Below are positions 27,697 through 37,767 of a stretch of 64,000 nt of DNA, one piece after another. Numbering within the stretch: the stretch's first letter is position 1; each line of letters starts with the position of its first letter. Below the pieces are notes generated by a model, which was given only the letters and a program-made list of their open reading frames with translations, did no database searches and was not told the origin of the DNA. Location: contig CALKQX010000034.1 of the NCBI GenBank assembly GCA_937990655.1, positions 184 through 64,183 on the forward strand, given 5' to 3'. The translations under genes and the position numbers were made by a program. The stretch is from an uncultured Stomatobaculum sp. (GTDB taxonomy: Bacteria; Bacillota; Clostridia; Lachnospirales; Lachnospiraceae).

Positions 27697-29082
27697 TTAA
27701 GCCTTCTTGCGGGAGCGGTAGAGGTAGACACCGGCCGGAAGCACAATATAGCCGATGAACATCGCAACGATTGCGTAGTAGTTCGGCACTGTCTTACCGT
27801 CCACCTGAAGAGAGAACTGCGCCGCCCACTTGAACTTTGCGAGCAGGAAGACCGTGAGCCCGAGGGAAAGCAGGGAGAGCGGAACGTCCAGCACAAAGTT
27901 TTTCTTCGGGTTCGCAATCACCTGACCGCGGTTCTTGCCGTAGTAGAAGGTGATGACCGCGAGCGGCACCAGCACGAACTGCACAAAGCGGCTGATCGAG
28001 CTGATAATCATGATGCCGCGCATGTCATACTGAAAAGCCATCGGGATGATGATGGCAAGCGCCACGGTGAGCAGGAAGGAGTAAATCGGAACGCCGCTCT
28101 CCGTGCGCTTCGCAAAAATTTTCGGGACCAGCCCGTCCGAAGCCATGGCCTCGAGTACGCGCGGGGTCAGGAAGGACGCCGCGACATTGATGCCGAACAT
28201 CGAAATCAGCGCGCCGCCGACAATGAGCCCCTTTAGGAGCGGGTTCGGGAAGACAGCCGCGAGCACCACGACATCCTTCGAGGTGACCAGAGACACCGGA
28301 TCGATCCGCATGGCGACAAAGACAATGCCGCAGTAGATGAAGGCGATGATGCCGATTGCCAGCGGGAGCGCGCGCGGCAGGTTCTTCTCCGGGTTCTCCA
28401 TGTCGCCGGAGCCGCTCGCGACACTCTCAAAGCCCGTGAACGCATAGAACGCCGAGATGACAGCCGTCACGAAGCCGCTCGTGGTGAGCGCCGGGATTAA
28501 CTTCTCGCCCGCGTCGTTCGTGAGAAGCTCGACTTCCGCGAGGCGGTTCACACCGGTCGAAAGAATCAGGTAGAGACCTGCGACCACCGTGAGCACCAGC
28601 GCGCCGAGTTTACCGACGGTCGAGAGGTTCGAGACAAAGCGGAACACCTGCATGCCGCAGAAGTTAATGATGAGCAGGATAACCATGAGGCAGAGGAAGC
28701 CTAGGGTCACATTGGAAATCTTGCTCGTGTCGAGACGCAAAATCTGAAGCGCCGTCTTTACTACACCGGTCGCCATGACGCCCCAGGCAATGCTCGCCGC
28801 GACGAAGCGCGTCGAGCCGACATAGAGACCGACGCTCTCGCCGAACGCCGCCTCCGTGTATGCATAAGCCGCACCGCTCTTTACGACATAGCGGGAGGCC
28901 GATGCGAAGGTCACGGCGAGGCACGCCGCAAAGAGCGCCGCACAGAAGTAAATCTCCGGCGCAATGCTGCCGACCTGTTTCGCGACACTGCCCGGCGAGA
29001 GGAAAATGCCTGTTCCGATGACTGCGTTAATCGTGAGTAAAACAATGGACCAAAATCCTAACTTTTGATTCTTCTCTTTCAC
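27697..29082 (-). CDS. APC-family amino-acid permease
   Basis: Track ORF 27697..29151. 12-TM permease (GFWSIVLLTINAVIGTGIFLSPG). The likely start is GTG 29082, which avoids a 47-nt overlap with the upstream gene. Confidence 0.85.
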   Translation of the reverse strand: MKEKNQKLGFWSIVLLTINAVIGTGIFLSPGSVAKQVGSIAPEIYFCAALFAACLAVTFASASRYVVKSGAAYAYTEAAFGESVGLYVGSTRFVAASIAWGVMATGVVKTALQILRLDTSKISNVTLGFLCLMVILLIINFCGMQVFRFVSNLSTVGKLGALVLTVVAGLYLILSTGVNRLAEVELLTNDAGEKLIPALTTSGFVTAVISAFYAFTGFESVASGSGDMENPEKNLPRALPLAIGIIAFIYCGIVFVAMRIDPVSLVTSKDVVVLAAVFPNPLLKGLIVGGALISMFGINVAASFLTPRVLEAMASDGLVPKIFAKRTESGVPIYSFLLTVALAIIIPMAFQYDMRGIMIISSISRFVQFVLVPLAVITFYYGKNRGQVIANPKKNFVLDVPLSLLSLGLTVFLLAKFKWAAQFSLQVDGKTVPNYYAIVAMFIGYIVLPAGVYLYRSRKKA

Positions 29083-29104
29083 AAATTCCGCCTTTCTTGT
29101 CAAA

Positions 29105-29854
29105 TCAGTTCTTCGCCGCGCGGTACCGCAGTCCCGCCGCAATGAATGCACTCCAAAGTTTCCGCATCACCGGGTCCACACTCTCAAGCATCTCCGGATG
29201 CCACTGCACCGCAATCAGGAAATCATCGCCCGGAAGTTCGACCGCCTCGGTCACGCCGTCCGGTGCAGTCGCCACCTCGGTAAACGGCGTGCCGACCTTC
29301 TTCACCGTCTGGTGGTGGAAGGAGTTCACGCGGTGCTCGGTGACCCCGAGGATCGAAGCAATCTTCGAATCCGGTCTTATGTTCACCGTGTGGGTTGCAA
29401 GGCGCGGGCTGTGCCCCTGCGAGTGCTTTAAGACTTCACCGCTGCGCTCGCCGAGATCCTGATAGAGGCTGCCGCCCTCCGCAATGTTGATGAGCTGGAA
29501 GCCGCGGCACACGCCGAGTATCGGCAGGTGGCGTTCTCTCGCGAGCTCATAGAGCGTAAAGTCGCAGAAATCGCGCTCCGGCACAATCTTGCCGAGGCCG
29601 CGGTGCGGCTCTTCGCCGTAGCGAATCGGGTCGATGTCATCGCCGCCGGTAATCAGCAGCGCGTCCAGTTTGTCAACCACAGCCGCAAGCGCCTCGCGGT
29701 CGCCGTTCATCGGAATCATGACCGGCACACCGCCCGCCGCGAGCACCGCATTGATGTAGTCCTCGTTCACATAAATGCGACGATAACCCGGGAACATGCC
29801 GCCGTCGTCCGTAATGAGCCCCGTCGAAATACCGATTACCGCTCTCTTTTCCAT
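29105..29854 (-). CDS. Class I glutamine amidotransferase / peptidase C26 (gamma-glutamyl-GABA hydrolase-like)
   Basis: ILGVCRGFQLINIAEGGSLYQDL nucleophile elbow and a C-terminal HPE motif (VQWHPEML). Confidence 0.85.
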   Translation of the reverse strand: MEKRAVIGISTGLITDDGGMFPGYRRIYVNEDYINAVLAAGGVPVMIPMNGDREALAAVVDKLDALLITGGDDIDPIRYGEEPHRGLGKIVPERDFCDFTLYELARERHLPILGVCRGFQLINIAEGGSLYQDLGERSGEVLKHSQGHSPRLATHTVNIRPDSKIASILGVTEHRVNSFHHQTVKKVGTPFTEVATAPDGVTEAVELPGDDFLIAVQWHPEMLESVDPVMRKLWSAFIAAGLRYRAAKN

Positions 29855-29903
29855 CTTGTTACGCTCCTTTCTTACACACAGTCGTCAACATTCACTTCAT
29901 TCG

Positions 29904-30233
29904 TCATAACGCGCAGGATCTCCTTGTCCGTGTCGCGCATACCGAAATGACCTCAAGCTGCTTCTCCGGGTTGCCGCCGACAAGTCCCAGAATGCCCGCG
30001 ACCGCAATGCCCTTCTGACCGCCCGCGTTCGGAACCGCGACTGCCTTTACGTTCTTGATGATGTTGCCGGAGCAGCTTAGCTCCATGCGGCGCGCCTCCT
30101 CACCGAGCACCTTGCCCGCGACCGAAGCCGCGTACGCAATCGCAATCGGCTCGGTACAGCCCATGGCCGGGATCAGCTCCTCCTGCAAAATGGCCGCATA
30201 ACGTCTCTTTTCTTCCCGACTCAATCCACTCAT
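29904..30233 (-). pseudogene. N-terminal fragment of a UPF0597/serine-dehydratase-alpha-like (L-cysteine desulfidase family) gene
   Basis: The first ~95 aa match the family (EELIPAMGCTEPIAIAYAAS...NVKAVAVPNAGG), but full-length members are ~430 aa. The reading frame degenerates after LEVIS and nothing follows before the next gene at 29854. Confidence 0.65.
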
Positions 30234-32068
30234 ACCTTACTTTCCTTTTCCGACTCTATTTCCGCCTGCAGTTCCGTCAAGTATTCCCAGCGCTCCATGC
30301 GCGCAAGAAGCTTTGTTTCCAGTTCTTCGCGCTCCTTATCGAGCGCGGTGAGACGCTGAAAGTCACTCGCCGAAGCGGCATACTCTGTCTCAATCTCCGC
30401 AACGCGCGCCTCAAGCGCCGCAATTTCATCCTCGATGTGTAAAAAGTCCTGCTTTTCCTGATAGCTCATGCGCCGCGCTCTCTTGCGTCTCGTCTCCTCG
30501 GCGCGCTGCTTGCTCGCCTCTTTTTCGGCGCTGTCTCTGCCGTCCGCAGTGCTCCCATCACCCTCGCCGCGCTCTAAATTTCGTCTTAGCTTCTCGACCT
30601 GATAGTCCGTATAGCCGCCCTCGTACTGCGAAATCACACCGTCCTCGAGCGCCAGAATGCGGTGCACGGTCCGGTCTAGGAAGTAGCGGTCGTGGCTCAC
30701 CGCGATCACAATGCCCGCAAAGCTGTCCAGATAGTCCTCGAGCACGGTCATCGTCCTGATGTCGAGGTCATTGGTAGGCTCGTCCAGAATCAAAAGATTC
30801 GGCGCACCCATCAGTACTTTCAAGAGAAACAGTCGCCGCTTCTCGCCGCCCGAGAGCTTCTCAACCTTCATATAGTGCTGAGAGCTCGGGAAGAGGAAGC
30901 GCTCCAGCATCCTCGCAGCGCTGATGGGTCCCTCCGGACTCGGCACAAACTCCGCAATCTCCTTGATGCTATCAATCACCGTGAGTTCGCCGGACAGCGC
31001 CTCGTTTTCCTGGCTGAAGTAGCCTATCTTCACGGTCTGCCCGATTTCGATTTCACCGCTGTCGGGCTTCAAAAGCCCCGTGATCAGCTTTAAGAGCGTA
31101 CTCTTACCCGCACCGTTCCTTCCTATGATACCGAGCCTGTCGTTCTTTTGAAACTGATAGCTGAAATCCCGGAAGAGCAGCTTTCCATCGAAGGACTTGC
31201 TCACATCGTGAAACGAAAGCGTCGTCTTTCCGAGACGCGAATAAGCCGAAGCCAGTTGGAGCGAAGCCTCTGCCTCCGGACCGCTCTCCGCCGAGAGCTT
31301 TTCGTAGCGTGCAATGCGCTCCTTTGACTTGGTGCCGCGGGCGCGCGCGCCGCGCTGCATCCAGGCGAGCTCCTTTCTCAGGATGCTCTGTCTGGTTCTC
31401 TCGTTCGCCTGCTGAATGTCGAGGCGCTCTGCCTTCAGCGCGAGAAAGCCCTCGTAATTCGCATCGTAGGAGTAAATCTTCCCGCGGTCCAGTTCCAAAA
31501 TGCGCGTGCAGACCGAATCGAGAAAATAGCGGTCGTGCGTTACCATGAGGAGAGCGCCGCGAAAGTTCTTTAAGTAGTTCTCAAGCCACTCCGCGGTCTC
31601 GCCGTCCAAGTGGTTGGTCGGCTCATCGAGAATCAAAAGGTCCGCCGGGTGAAGCAGTACCCCCGCCAGGGCAATGCGCTTTTTCTCCCCGCCCGACAAG
31701 GTCTCACAGGGCAGTTCGAGCTCCGTGACACCAAGGGAAGCGAGCAGCTTTTTAGCCGCTGCTACCGTGTCCTCCCCCGCCGCCTCGCCGCCCGCCATGC
31801 GGAGACAGGCCTCCAGAGCGGTCTCCTTCGCGAGGAAGTTCGGGTTCTGCGAGAGAAAGCGAATCTGTAAGCCCCTCCGCACAATGAGTTCGCCGCTGTC
31901 CGGGCTCTCTTCCCCCGCCACAATGCGAAGCAGGGTGGATTTTCCCGTGCCGTTTACGCCGATCAGCGCAAGTTTCTCGCCCTCGCCGATATAGCAGGCT
32001 GCGTCCTCAAAAATGCGCCTCTCGGTATACACTTTTTCCAAATGTTCAATCGATACAATCGTGTTCAT
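30230..32068 (-). CDS. ABC-F family ATPase (two ABC domains, no TM; Uup/YheS-like)
   Basis: Two Walker A sites (GVNGTGKST, GRNGAGKST), two LSGGEK signatures and a C-terminal charged coiled coil. Confidence 0.9.
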   Translation of the reverse strand: MNTIVSIEHLEKVYTERRIFEDAACYIGEGEKLALIGVNGTGKSTLLRIVAGEESPDSGELIVRRGLQIRFLSQNPNFLAKETALEACLRMAGGEAAGEDTVAAAKKLLASLGVTELELPCETLSGGEKKRIALAGVLLHPADLLILDEPTNHLDGETAEWLENYLKNFRGALLMVTHDRYFLDSVCTRILELDRGKIYSYDANYEGFLALKAERLDIQQANERTRQSILRKELAWMQRGARARGTKSKERIARYEKLSAESGPEAEASLQLASAYSRLGKTTLSFHDVSKSFDGKLLFRDFSYQFQKNDRLGIIGRNGAGKSTLLKLITGLLKPDSGEIEIGQTVKIGYFSQENEALSGELTVIDSIKEIAEFVPSPEGPISAARMLERFLFPSSQHYMKVEKLSGGEKRRLFLLKVLMGAPNLLILDEPTNDLDIRTMTVLEDYLDSFAGIVIAVSHDRYFLDRTVHRILALEDGVISQYEGGYTDYQVEKLRRNLERGEGDGSTADGRDSAEKEASKQRAEETRRKRARRMSYQEKQDFLHIEDEIAALEARVAEIETEYAASASDFQRLTALDKEREELETKLLARMERWEYLTELQAEIESEKESKV

Positions 32069-32147
32069 AATTATTAATTTTCTGATGAAAGAAAGGCTGT
32101 GAAAAATGCCGTTGGCACTTCTCGCAGCCTGACATTACTCTTAAGAT

Positions 32148-33068
32148 TTATGCAAAGATATGGTATCCAAGGTGCTCGGAGAGATACTGCAGCATCTTTT
32201 CGCCGCCCACACTGTTACCCTTCTTGTTCAACATGGGGCCAAAGGTTCCGATTCCCATACCGTTCTGACCGACCGCGACAATGCCGCCGCCCACGCCGCT
32301 CTTCGAGGGCAAGCCGACCTTCACCGCATACTCGCCGGACTCATCGTACATGCCGCAGAGCATCATGAGGGTCGTCACGATGCGAACAATGTCCGCATCG
32401 AGGAGGCGCTCTCCCGTCTTCGGGTCTACACCCTTGTTGGAAAGAATCATCGCGTAGTGCGCGAGATCCTTCGCCGTGCACATGACCGAGCACATGCGGA
32501 AGTACACATCCAGCACCTCCTCCGGCTCGCCGTCCAGCACGTGGTCGCTCTTCAAGAGGTAAGCAATCGAACGGTTTCTGGTGCCGGTCCGCTTCTCGGA
32601 CTGGTACACCTTCTCGTTCAACTTGATGTTCGGATTCGCGCAGAGCTTTCTGACCAGCGCAAGGAACTCCTCAAACGGCTCCGCCGCCTTAATACAGTCT
32701 GCCGTCACAATCGCACCCGCATTGATCATCGGGTTGAACGGTCTCCAGTCCTTTAACTCAAGCTGAAGTATGCTGTCAAAGCGGTCGCCCGTCGGCTCCA
32801 TACCGACCTTCGAGAAGGTGTGGTCATAGCCCGAAGTCTGCAGTGCGAGAATCAGCGAAAAGGTCTTCGCAATGCTCTGCATGGTAAACGGGATATTGTA
32901 ATCGCCCGCCTGATACGTGGTGCCGTCCGCCATCATGATGCAGCAACCAAGGTTCGAGGAATCCGCCTTCGCAAGCTCCGGAATGTAGCTTGCAACCTTG
33001 CCCTCAATCAATACGTTTTTGCCCTCTGCGAGTGCCGCTTCGAGAATCTGTTGAACATCCTGTTCCAT
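32148..33068 (-). CDS. glsA: Glutaminase A
   Basis: 306-aa ORF with serine-beta-lactamase-fold glutaminase motifs (FTMQSIAKTF, NPMINAGAI, SGVGGGI). Confidence 0.9.
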   Translation of the reverse strand: MEQDVQQILEAALAEGKNVLIEGKVASYIPELAKADSSNLGCCIMMADGTTYQAGDYNIPFTMQSIAKTFSLILALQTSGYDHTFSKVGMEPTGDRFDSILQLELKDWRPFNPMINAGAIVTADCIKAAEPFEEFLALVRKLCANPNIKLNEKVYQSEKRTGTRNRSIAYLLKSDHVLDGEPEEVLDVYFRMCSVMCTAKDLAHYAMILSNKGVDPKTGERLLDADIVRIVTTLMMLCGMYDESGEYAVKVGLPSKSGVGGGIVAVGQNGMGIGTFGPMLNKKGNSVGGEKMLQYLSEHLGYHIFA

Positions 33069-33100
33069 TGTTTTTCCCCTTATCTAGTTAAAGTTGCGTT

Positions 33101-34519
33101 TCAATCCTTCCAGTAGTCCAGCTCGTCCGGATTGAGGCCGATGTCCTTTGCACGGAATACCGGATCCTTGCCCGCCTTGCGCTGTGCCACATAGTCGTGA
33201 TAGGTGCCGATTGCGACGCGGCTCAAGAGCACGCAGGCAATCAGGTTGAGGAAGCACATGCCGCCCATCATAATATCCGCGACGTCCCAAGCAGCCGCCA
33301 TCGGGAGCAGTGCGCCGACAAAGATGATGATAACGCCGTAGAGGCGGAAGCCTCTCAGGAAGCCCTGACTCGGCATGGTCTTATTGTTTAAGTACGCGAG
33401 CGCGTTGTCGCAGTAGTAGAGGTTACCGATCAAGGTCGTGAACGAGAAGAGCAGCATTGCGACCGTGATGAAAACCGGGCCGAAGGTACCGAGCACCGCG
33501 TGAAGCGAAGTCTGCACCCACTGTGCACCCGCAAGTTCCTTGGTCGGCTCAATGCCGGAGACCAGGCACATGAGCGCCGTCGCGTTGCAGAGGATAATCG
33601 TGTCGATGTAGACCGAGAGCATCTGCACAAGGCCCTGCTTTGCCGGGTGGGAAACCACCGCAGCAGCAGCCGCGTTCGGCGCCGAACCGACACCCGCCTC
33701 GTTGGAGTAGAGACCTCTCTTGATACCGTAGACCAGGCAGGAACCCGCAATGCCGCCGAAGATTGCGCGGAAGTTAAACGCATCGGTGAAGATACGACCA
33801 AAGACCGCCGGAATTCTGCCCGCATGCATGACGAGGACCACCAGCGTGACCACCACATAGGCAACGCCCATGAACGGAACCACGAGACCCGCGGTCTTCT
33901 CAATGCGCTTGCCGCCGCCCATCACGCAGATGCCGACCAGAATTGCGAGCACGGCGCCGATTGCCATGGCCGCAAGCTTCGGGTTTGCCTGATACCAAGC
34001 GTAAGCCTGGAAGGTTGACTGGGTGTTGTAAGAGCAGAGCATATTAAAGCCGCTCGAATAGGTGAGAAGCAGGAAGATAACGAAAATTGTCGCAAAACCC
34101 TTGCTCTTTAACGCATCCTCAATGTAGTAAGCCGGGCCGCCGTAGCTCGAGCCGTCCGCGCTCTTTTTCTTATAAACCTGTGCGAGCGTGCACTCCGTAA
34201 AGGAGGATGCGCAACCGAGCAGCGCCATAATCGTCATCCAGAATGCAGCGCCCGGGCCGCCGAGACAGATTGCCGATGAGACACCGATGATGTTACCGGT
34301 ACCCACACAGCTTGCCGTACTGATCATCAGCGCCTGAAACGGCGACGTGCCGCTATTATCCGCCGGCTTTGCCTTCATCACCCGAATTGCTTCCGAAAGC
34401 ATGCGCACCTGTACAAAGCCCATGCGTACCGAGAAGTAGAGTCCTGCGGCACCCATTACGATCAATAAGACCGGATAGTACAGAAAGCTGTCTATTGCGT
34501 CCAAAACCTGCATAACCAT
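33101..34519 (-). CDS. Alanine/glycine:cation symporter (AGCS family)
   Basis: 472-aa polytopic protein with AGCS motifs (FQALMISTASCVGTGNIIGV, LYSNEAGVGSAP). Confidence 0.9.
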   Translation of the reverse strand: MVMQVLDAIDSFLYYPVLLIVMGAAGLYFSVRMGFVQVRMLSEAIRVMKAKPADNSGTSPFQALMISTASCVGTGNIIGVSSAICLGGPGAAFWMTIMALLGCASSFTECTLAQVYKKKSADGSSYGGPAYYIEDALKSKGFATIFVIFLLLTYSSGFNMLCSYNTQSTFQAYAWYQANPKLAAMAIGAVLAILVGICVMGGGKRIEKTAGLVVPFMGVAYVVVTLVVLVMHAGRIPAVFGRIFTDAFNFRAIFGGIAGSCLVYGIKRGLYSNEAGVGSAPNAAAAAVVSHPAKQGLVQMLSVYIDTIILCNATALMCLVSGIEPTKELAGAQWVQTSLHAVLGTFGPVFITVAMLLFSFTTLIGNLYYCDNALAYLNNKTMPSQGFLRGFRLYGVIIIFVGALLPMAAAWDVADIMMGGMCFLNLIACVLLSRVAIGTYHDYVAQRKAGKDPVFRAKDIGLNPDELDYWKD

Positions 34520-34719
34520 GTTGCGAATCCCCCCATTCTTTGATTTGCATCACTAATTGCTTATGCATTTTCACCAATTTAGTTTATCATAGGCGTGCGT
34601 CAAGAAAAAATTGCCGAGGCCGATACCTGTTATCGACATTGGGAATATCTGTCTAATTGCATTCTGTTTTCGGCCTCTTTGTTGTATAATGTTATCGAGA
34701 AAAACAATAGGAGGCTGGC

Positions 34720-35664
34720 GTGGACGCAAATAACATCAAATACATTGTCGCCATTGCAAAATACGGATCCATCAACCATGCTGCAAAGGCAATGTTCATC
34801 TCTCAGCCGCAGCTGAGCCATATCTTAAAAACCACCGAGGAAGAGTGCGGGCTCACGCTGTTCCAGCGCACCAGCCGCGGCACCAAGCTGACCCCGGAAG
34901 GGGAGGACTATTTGCACCACTGCAACATCATCCTCGCGGAGATGGCAAAGCTAAACCGCTATGTGACGCAGGCGGCCTCGGCGCAGTCGCGTCTCCGCGT
35001 CAGTATGACACGCTTTTCACACACTTCCGAGTGTTTCAACGAAATTTGCCGCCGCCACCAGGACGATACCACGATTCACTATCACCTGTTTGAAAACTCC
35101 GCCTCCAATGTGCTGGAGGATATCGTGGACGGCAAGTCAAATATAGGCGTACTCCACTACTCAACCACGAACGAGAGCATGTCCCAGCGGAGCTTTGCGG
35201 ATAAAAAGCTGAACTTTATCCCCCTTGCCACCTTCCGCCCCTATGTCTGCCTCGCCGCAGACCATCCGGTGCTGAAAGGCAAGACAAAATCCGCAATCGA
35301 AATCGGGGAACTCAAGGACTACGGCTTTGTGCGCTATGCCGGACAGTACGAGGACTTTATCTACCACATTGCGAGCGACAGCGGCCTCATCGATTTAAAC
35401 GAGTCCCAGAAAATCATCTATGTCTGCGACCGCCAGGAGCAAATGCGCCTCATTCAGAGCACAAACTTTTATACCATAGGCATTTCCGAATTCTCCGGCC
35501 AGAGTGAGCTCTACCAAGTCATCTCGGTTCCGCTCTTACAGAGCACAGAGCACCTCACCTTCGGCATCGTGACGCGGAAAGATACCGTGCTCTCACCGCT
35601 CGAAGAGGAATTTAAAGAGGAAGTCATAAGTCGCTATCGCACACTTTCCGATTCCGAGCTCTGA
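34720..35664 (+). CDS. LysR-family transcriptional regulator
   Basis: N-terminal HTH (IAKYGSINHAAKAMFISQPQLSHILK), GTG start after GGAGG, divergent from the symporter gene. Confidence 0.85.
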   Translation: MDANNIKYIVAIAKYGSINHAAKAMFISQPQLSHILKTTEEECGLTLFQRTSRGTKLTPEGEDYLHHCNIILAEMAKLNRYVTQAASAQSRLRVSMTRFSHTSECFNEICRRHQDDTTIHYHLFENSASNVLEDIVDGKSNIGVLHYSTTNESMSQRSFADKKLNFIPLATFRPYVCLAADHPVLKGKTKSAIEIGELKDYGFVRYAGQYEDFIYHIASDSGLIDLNESQKIIYVCDRQEQMRLIQSTNFYTIGISEFSGQSELYQVISVPLLQSTEHLTFGIVTRKDTVLSPLEEEFKEEVISRYRTLSDSEL

Positions 35665-35866
35665 TATCAGAACATATTTTGTCCGCGCTCGGTTCTTTTA
35701 GCTGCAGCTTATAATGATTTGCCTTGTTGACAGACAAGTTTCCTTGTTCTTATCCACGTTTGCATGTTATACTTTCCGAAACACAGATGAACGATTGACA
35801 TAGCACTTTTAATATGAAAGAAAAAGGAAACAGCGCGGTTACTCTGCCGCGGGAAAGGACTGTCTC

Positions 35867-36232
35867 ATGCGAATTCACGAATCCGCCGAAGATTACCTCG
35901 AGAAAATCTTAATGCTCCGAGAGGAGAACGGACATGTGCGTTCCGTTGAAATTGCGAACGCCATGGGTTATTCAAAGCCGAGCATCAGCATTGCGATGAA
36001 ACACCTCCGAGAGAGCGGCTTGGTCCGCATGGATGCCGAAAACTACATCTATCTGACCGAAGAGGGCGAGGCCATTGCGAGTCGCGTCTACGACCGCCAC
36101 CAGACCCTCACCAAGCTCTTTGTGAAACTCGGGGTTCCCTCCGACATTGCCGAGCACGATGCCTGCAAGGTAGAGCACGACTTAAGCCCCGAATCCTACG
36201 CGGCGCTCCGCGCACACGTCAAAACCCTGTAA
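35867..36232 (+). CDS. DtxR/MntR-family metal-dependent repressor (short form)
   Basis: ESAEDYLEKILMLREENGHVRSVEIANAMGYSKPSISIAMKHLRESGLV plus the dimerisation helix region. Confidence 0.8.
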   Translation: MRIHESAEDYLEKILMLREENGHVRSVEIANAMGYSKPSISIAMKHLRESGLVRMDAENYIYLTEEGEAIASRVYDRHQTLTKLFVKLGVPSDIAEHDACKVEHDLSPESYAALRAHVKTL

Positions 36233-36243
36233 CTACCAAAATC

Positions 36244-36268
36244 AGTCCGGCTTCAGCCGGACTTTTTG
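36244..36268 (+). terminator. Rho-independent terminator
   Basis: AGTCCGGC-ttca-GCCGGACT followed by TTTTT. Confidence 0.7.
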
Positions 36269-36400
36269 CTTGTTTCCAAAAACGATAGCAAGATATGCGA
36301 AAACCGATAGCCTTCTCGGCGAAAAGATTTGCTTTTTTCTCGGTTTCGTTTTAGCATACGCATTGACTATCAAAAAAAGTAAGAAAATGAGGTTTTGTGT

Positions 36401-37756
36401 ATGAGTACTCTGATTCCGGCGTGGCTGTGCATCCCCTTCGCGGGCCTTTTGCTCAGCATAGCAGTTGTCCCGCTTGTCGCGGGCGAATGGTGGGAGAAGC
36501 ATCGCGTTCACGCGGTCATTTTCTGGTCCCTCCTCTTCATCGTGCCGTTTACGGTGCTGTACGGCCCCTTGAAAGCATCCGAGACCGTGCTTGAAACCGT
36601 ATTTAACGACTACCTCTCCTTCATCGTGATGCTCTTTGGCCTCTTTTGCGTGGCCGGTAACATCACCTTCACCGGAGATCTTGCGGGTTCCCCCTTCGTG
36701 AACACGCTGTTCCTGCTGATCGGCACCCTGCTCTCGAGCATCATCGGTACCACGGGTTCCTCCATGTTAATGCTTCGTCCGATGATTAAGATCAACGCTT
36801 GGAGACGCCAGAAGCGCCACATCATGGTTTTCTTTATCTTCCTGATTTCAAACATGGGCGGCTGCTTAACACCGCTTGGCGATCCGCCGCTCCTCATGGG
36901 CTTTATGCGCGGGGTGCCCTTCCTCTGGAGTCTGCACCTCTTCCCGATTCTCATCTTCAACTTGGTAATTCTGCTCACTGTCTTCTGGCAGCTTGACAAG
37001 CACTACTACCTGAAGGATGTGAGACGCGGTTACCGCCCGGATATCTCGAAGCCCGGCACGGAGCTTTCGCTCCGCGGCGCGCACAACATCATCTTCCTGA
37101 TGATGATTATTATCGCGGTGGTGCTCGGCGGAACCCTGCCCTCGAACCCCATGTTCCAAACCGCAGAGGGAACCGTGCGCGGCCTTCACATCATCGGCGA
37201 AGTCACACTGGGCTTCCCGACCATCATTGAGATTGCGCTGATTCTCGCGGCTGCCTTCCTCTCTTTCAAGACGACGCCGGACGAAATACGCCGCGCAAAC
37301 CACTTTACCTGGGGTGCCATCCAGGAGGTTGCCGAGCTCTTTATCGGCATCTTCATCACAATGCAGCCCGCTCTCATGATTTTAAAAGAGATGGGCCCGA
37401 AGCTCGGTCTCACCGAGCCCTTCCAGATGTTCTGGGCAACCGGTCTGCTCTCGAGTTTCCTCGACAACACACCGACCTACCTGGTCTTCCTCACCACGGC
37501 GGGCACGCTCGGCATGACGACCGGACTCACGACCACCGTCGGCACGATACCCCAGATTTTCCTGGAGGCAATCTCCTGCGGCGCTGTCTTCATGGGTGCA
37601 AACAGCTATATCGGCAACGCGCCGAACTTCATGGTGAAATCGATTTCGGACGAAAACGGTATTCACATGCCCTCGTTCTTTGGCTACATCGGCTGGGCAC
37701 TCGTGTTCCTGGTGCCGGTCTTCGTGATTGACACCCTGATCTTTTTCTTATTCTAA
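36401..37756 (+). CDS. ArsB/NhaD-superfamily permease (putative Na+/H+ antiporter)
   Basis: Track ORF 36395..37756. Polytopic protein starting MSTLIPAWLCIPFAGLLLSIAVVPL (family assigned by recollection). Confidence 0.7.
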   Translation: MSTLIPAWLCIPFAGLLLSIAVVPLVAGEWWEKHRVHAVIFWSLLFIVPFTVLYGPLKASETVLETVFNDYLSFIVMLFGLFCVAGNITFTGDLAGSPFVNTLFLLIGTLLSSIIGTTGSSMLMLRPMIKINAWRRQKRHIMVFFIFLISNMGGCLTPLGDPPLLMGFMRGVPFLWSLHLFPILIFNLVILLTVFWQLDKHYYLKDVRRGYRPDISKPGTELSLRGAHNIIFLMMIIIAVVLGGTLPSNPMFQTAEGTVRGLHIIGEVTLGFPTIIEIALILAAAFLSFKTTPDEIRRANHFTWGAIQEVAELFIGIFITMQPALMILKEMGPKLGLTEPFQMFWATGLLSSFLDNTPTYLVFLTTAGTLGMTTGLTTTVGTIPQIFLEAISCGAVFMGANSYIGNAPNFMVKSISDENGIHMPSFFGYIGWALVFLVPVFVIDTLIFFLF

Positions 37757-37767
37757 GGAGGTAGCGC

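Noticed and set aside
34520-34719. Glycine riboswitch upstream of the alanine/glycine:cation symporter gene.
   Set aside because: Only ~200 nt are shared with the divergent LysR promoter. Promoter-like boxes sit close to the start codon, and no tandem aptamer-like conserved cores were visible.
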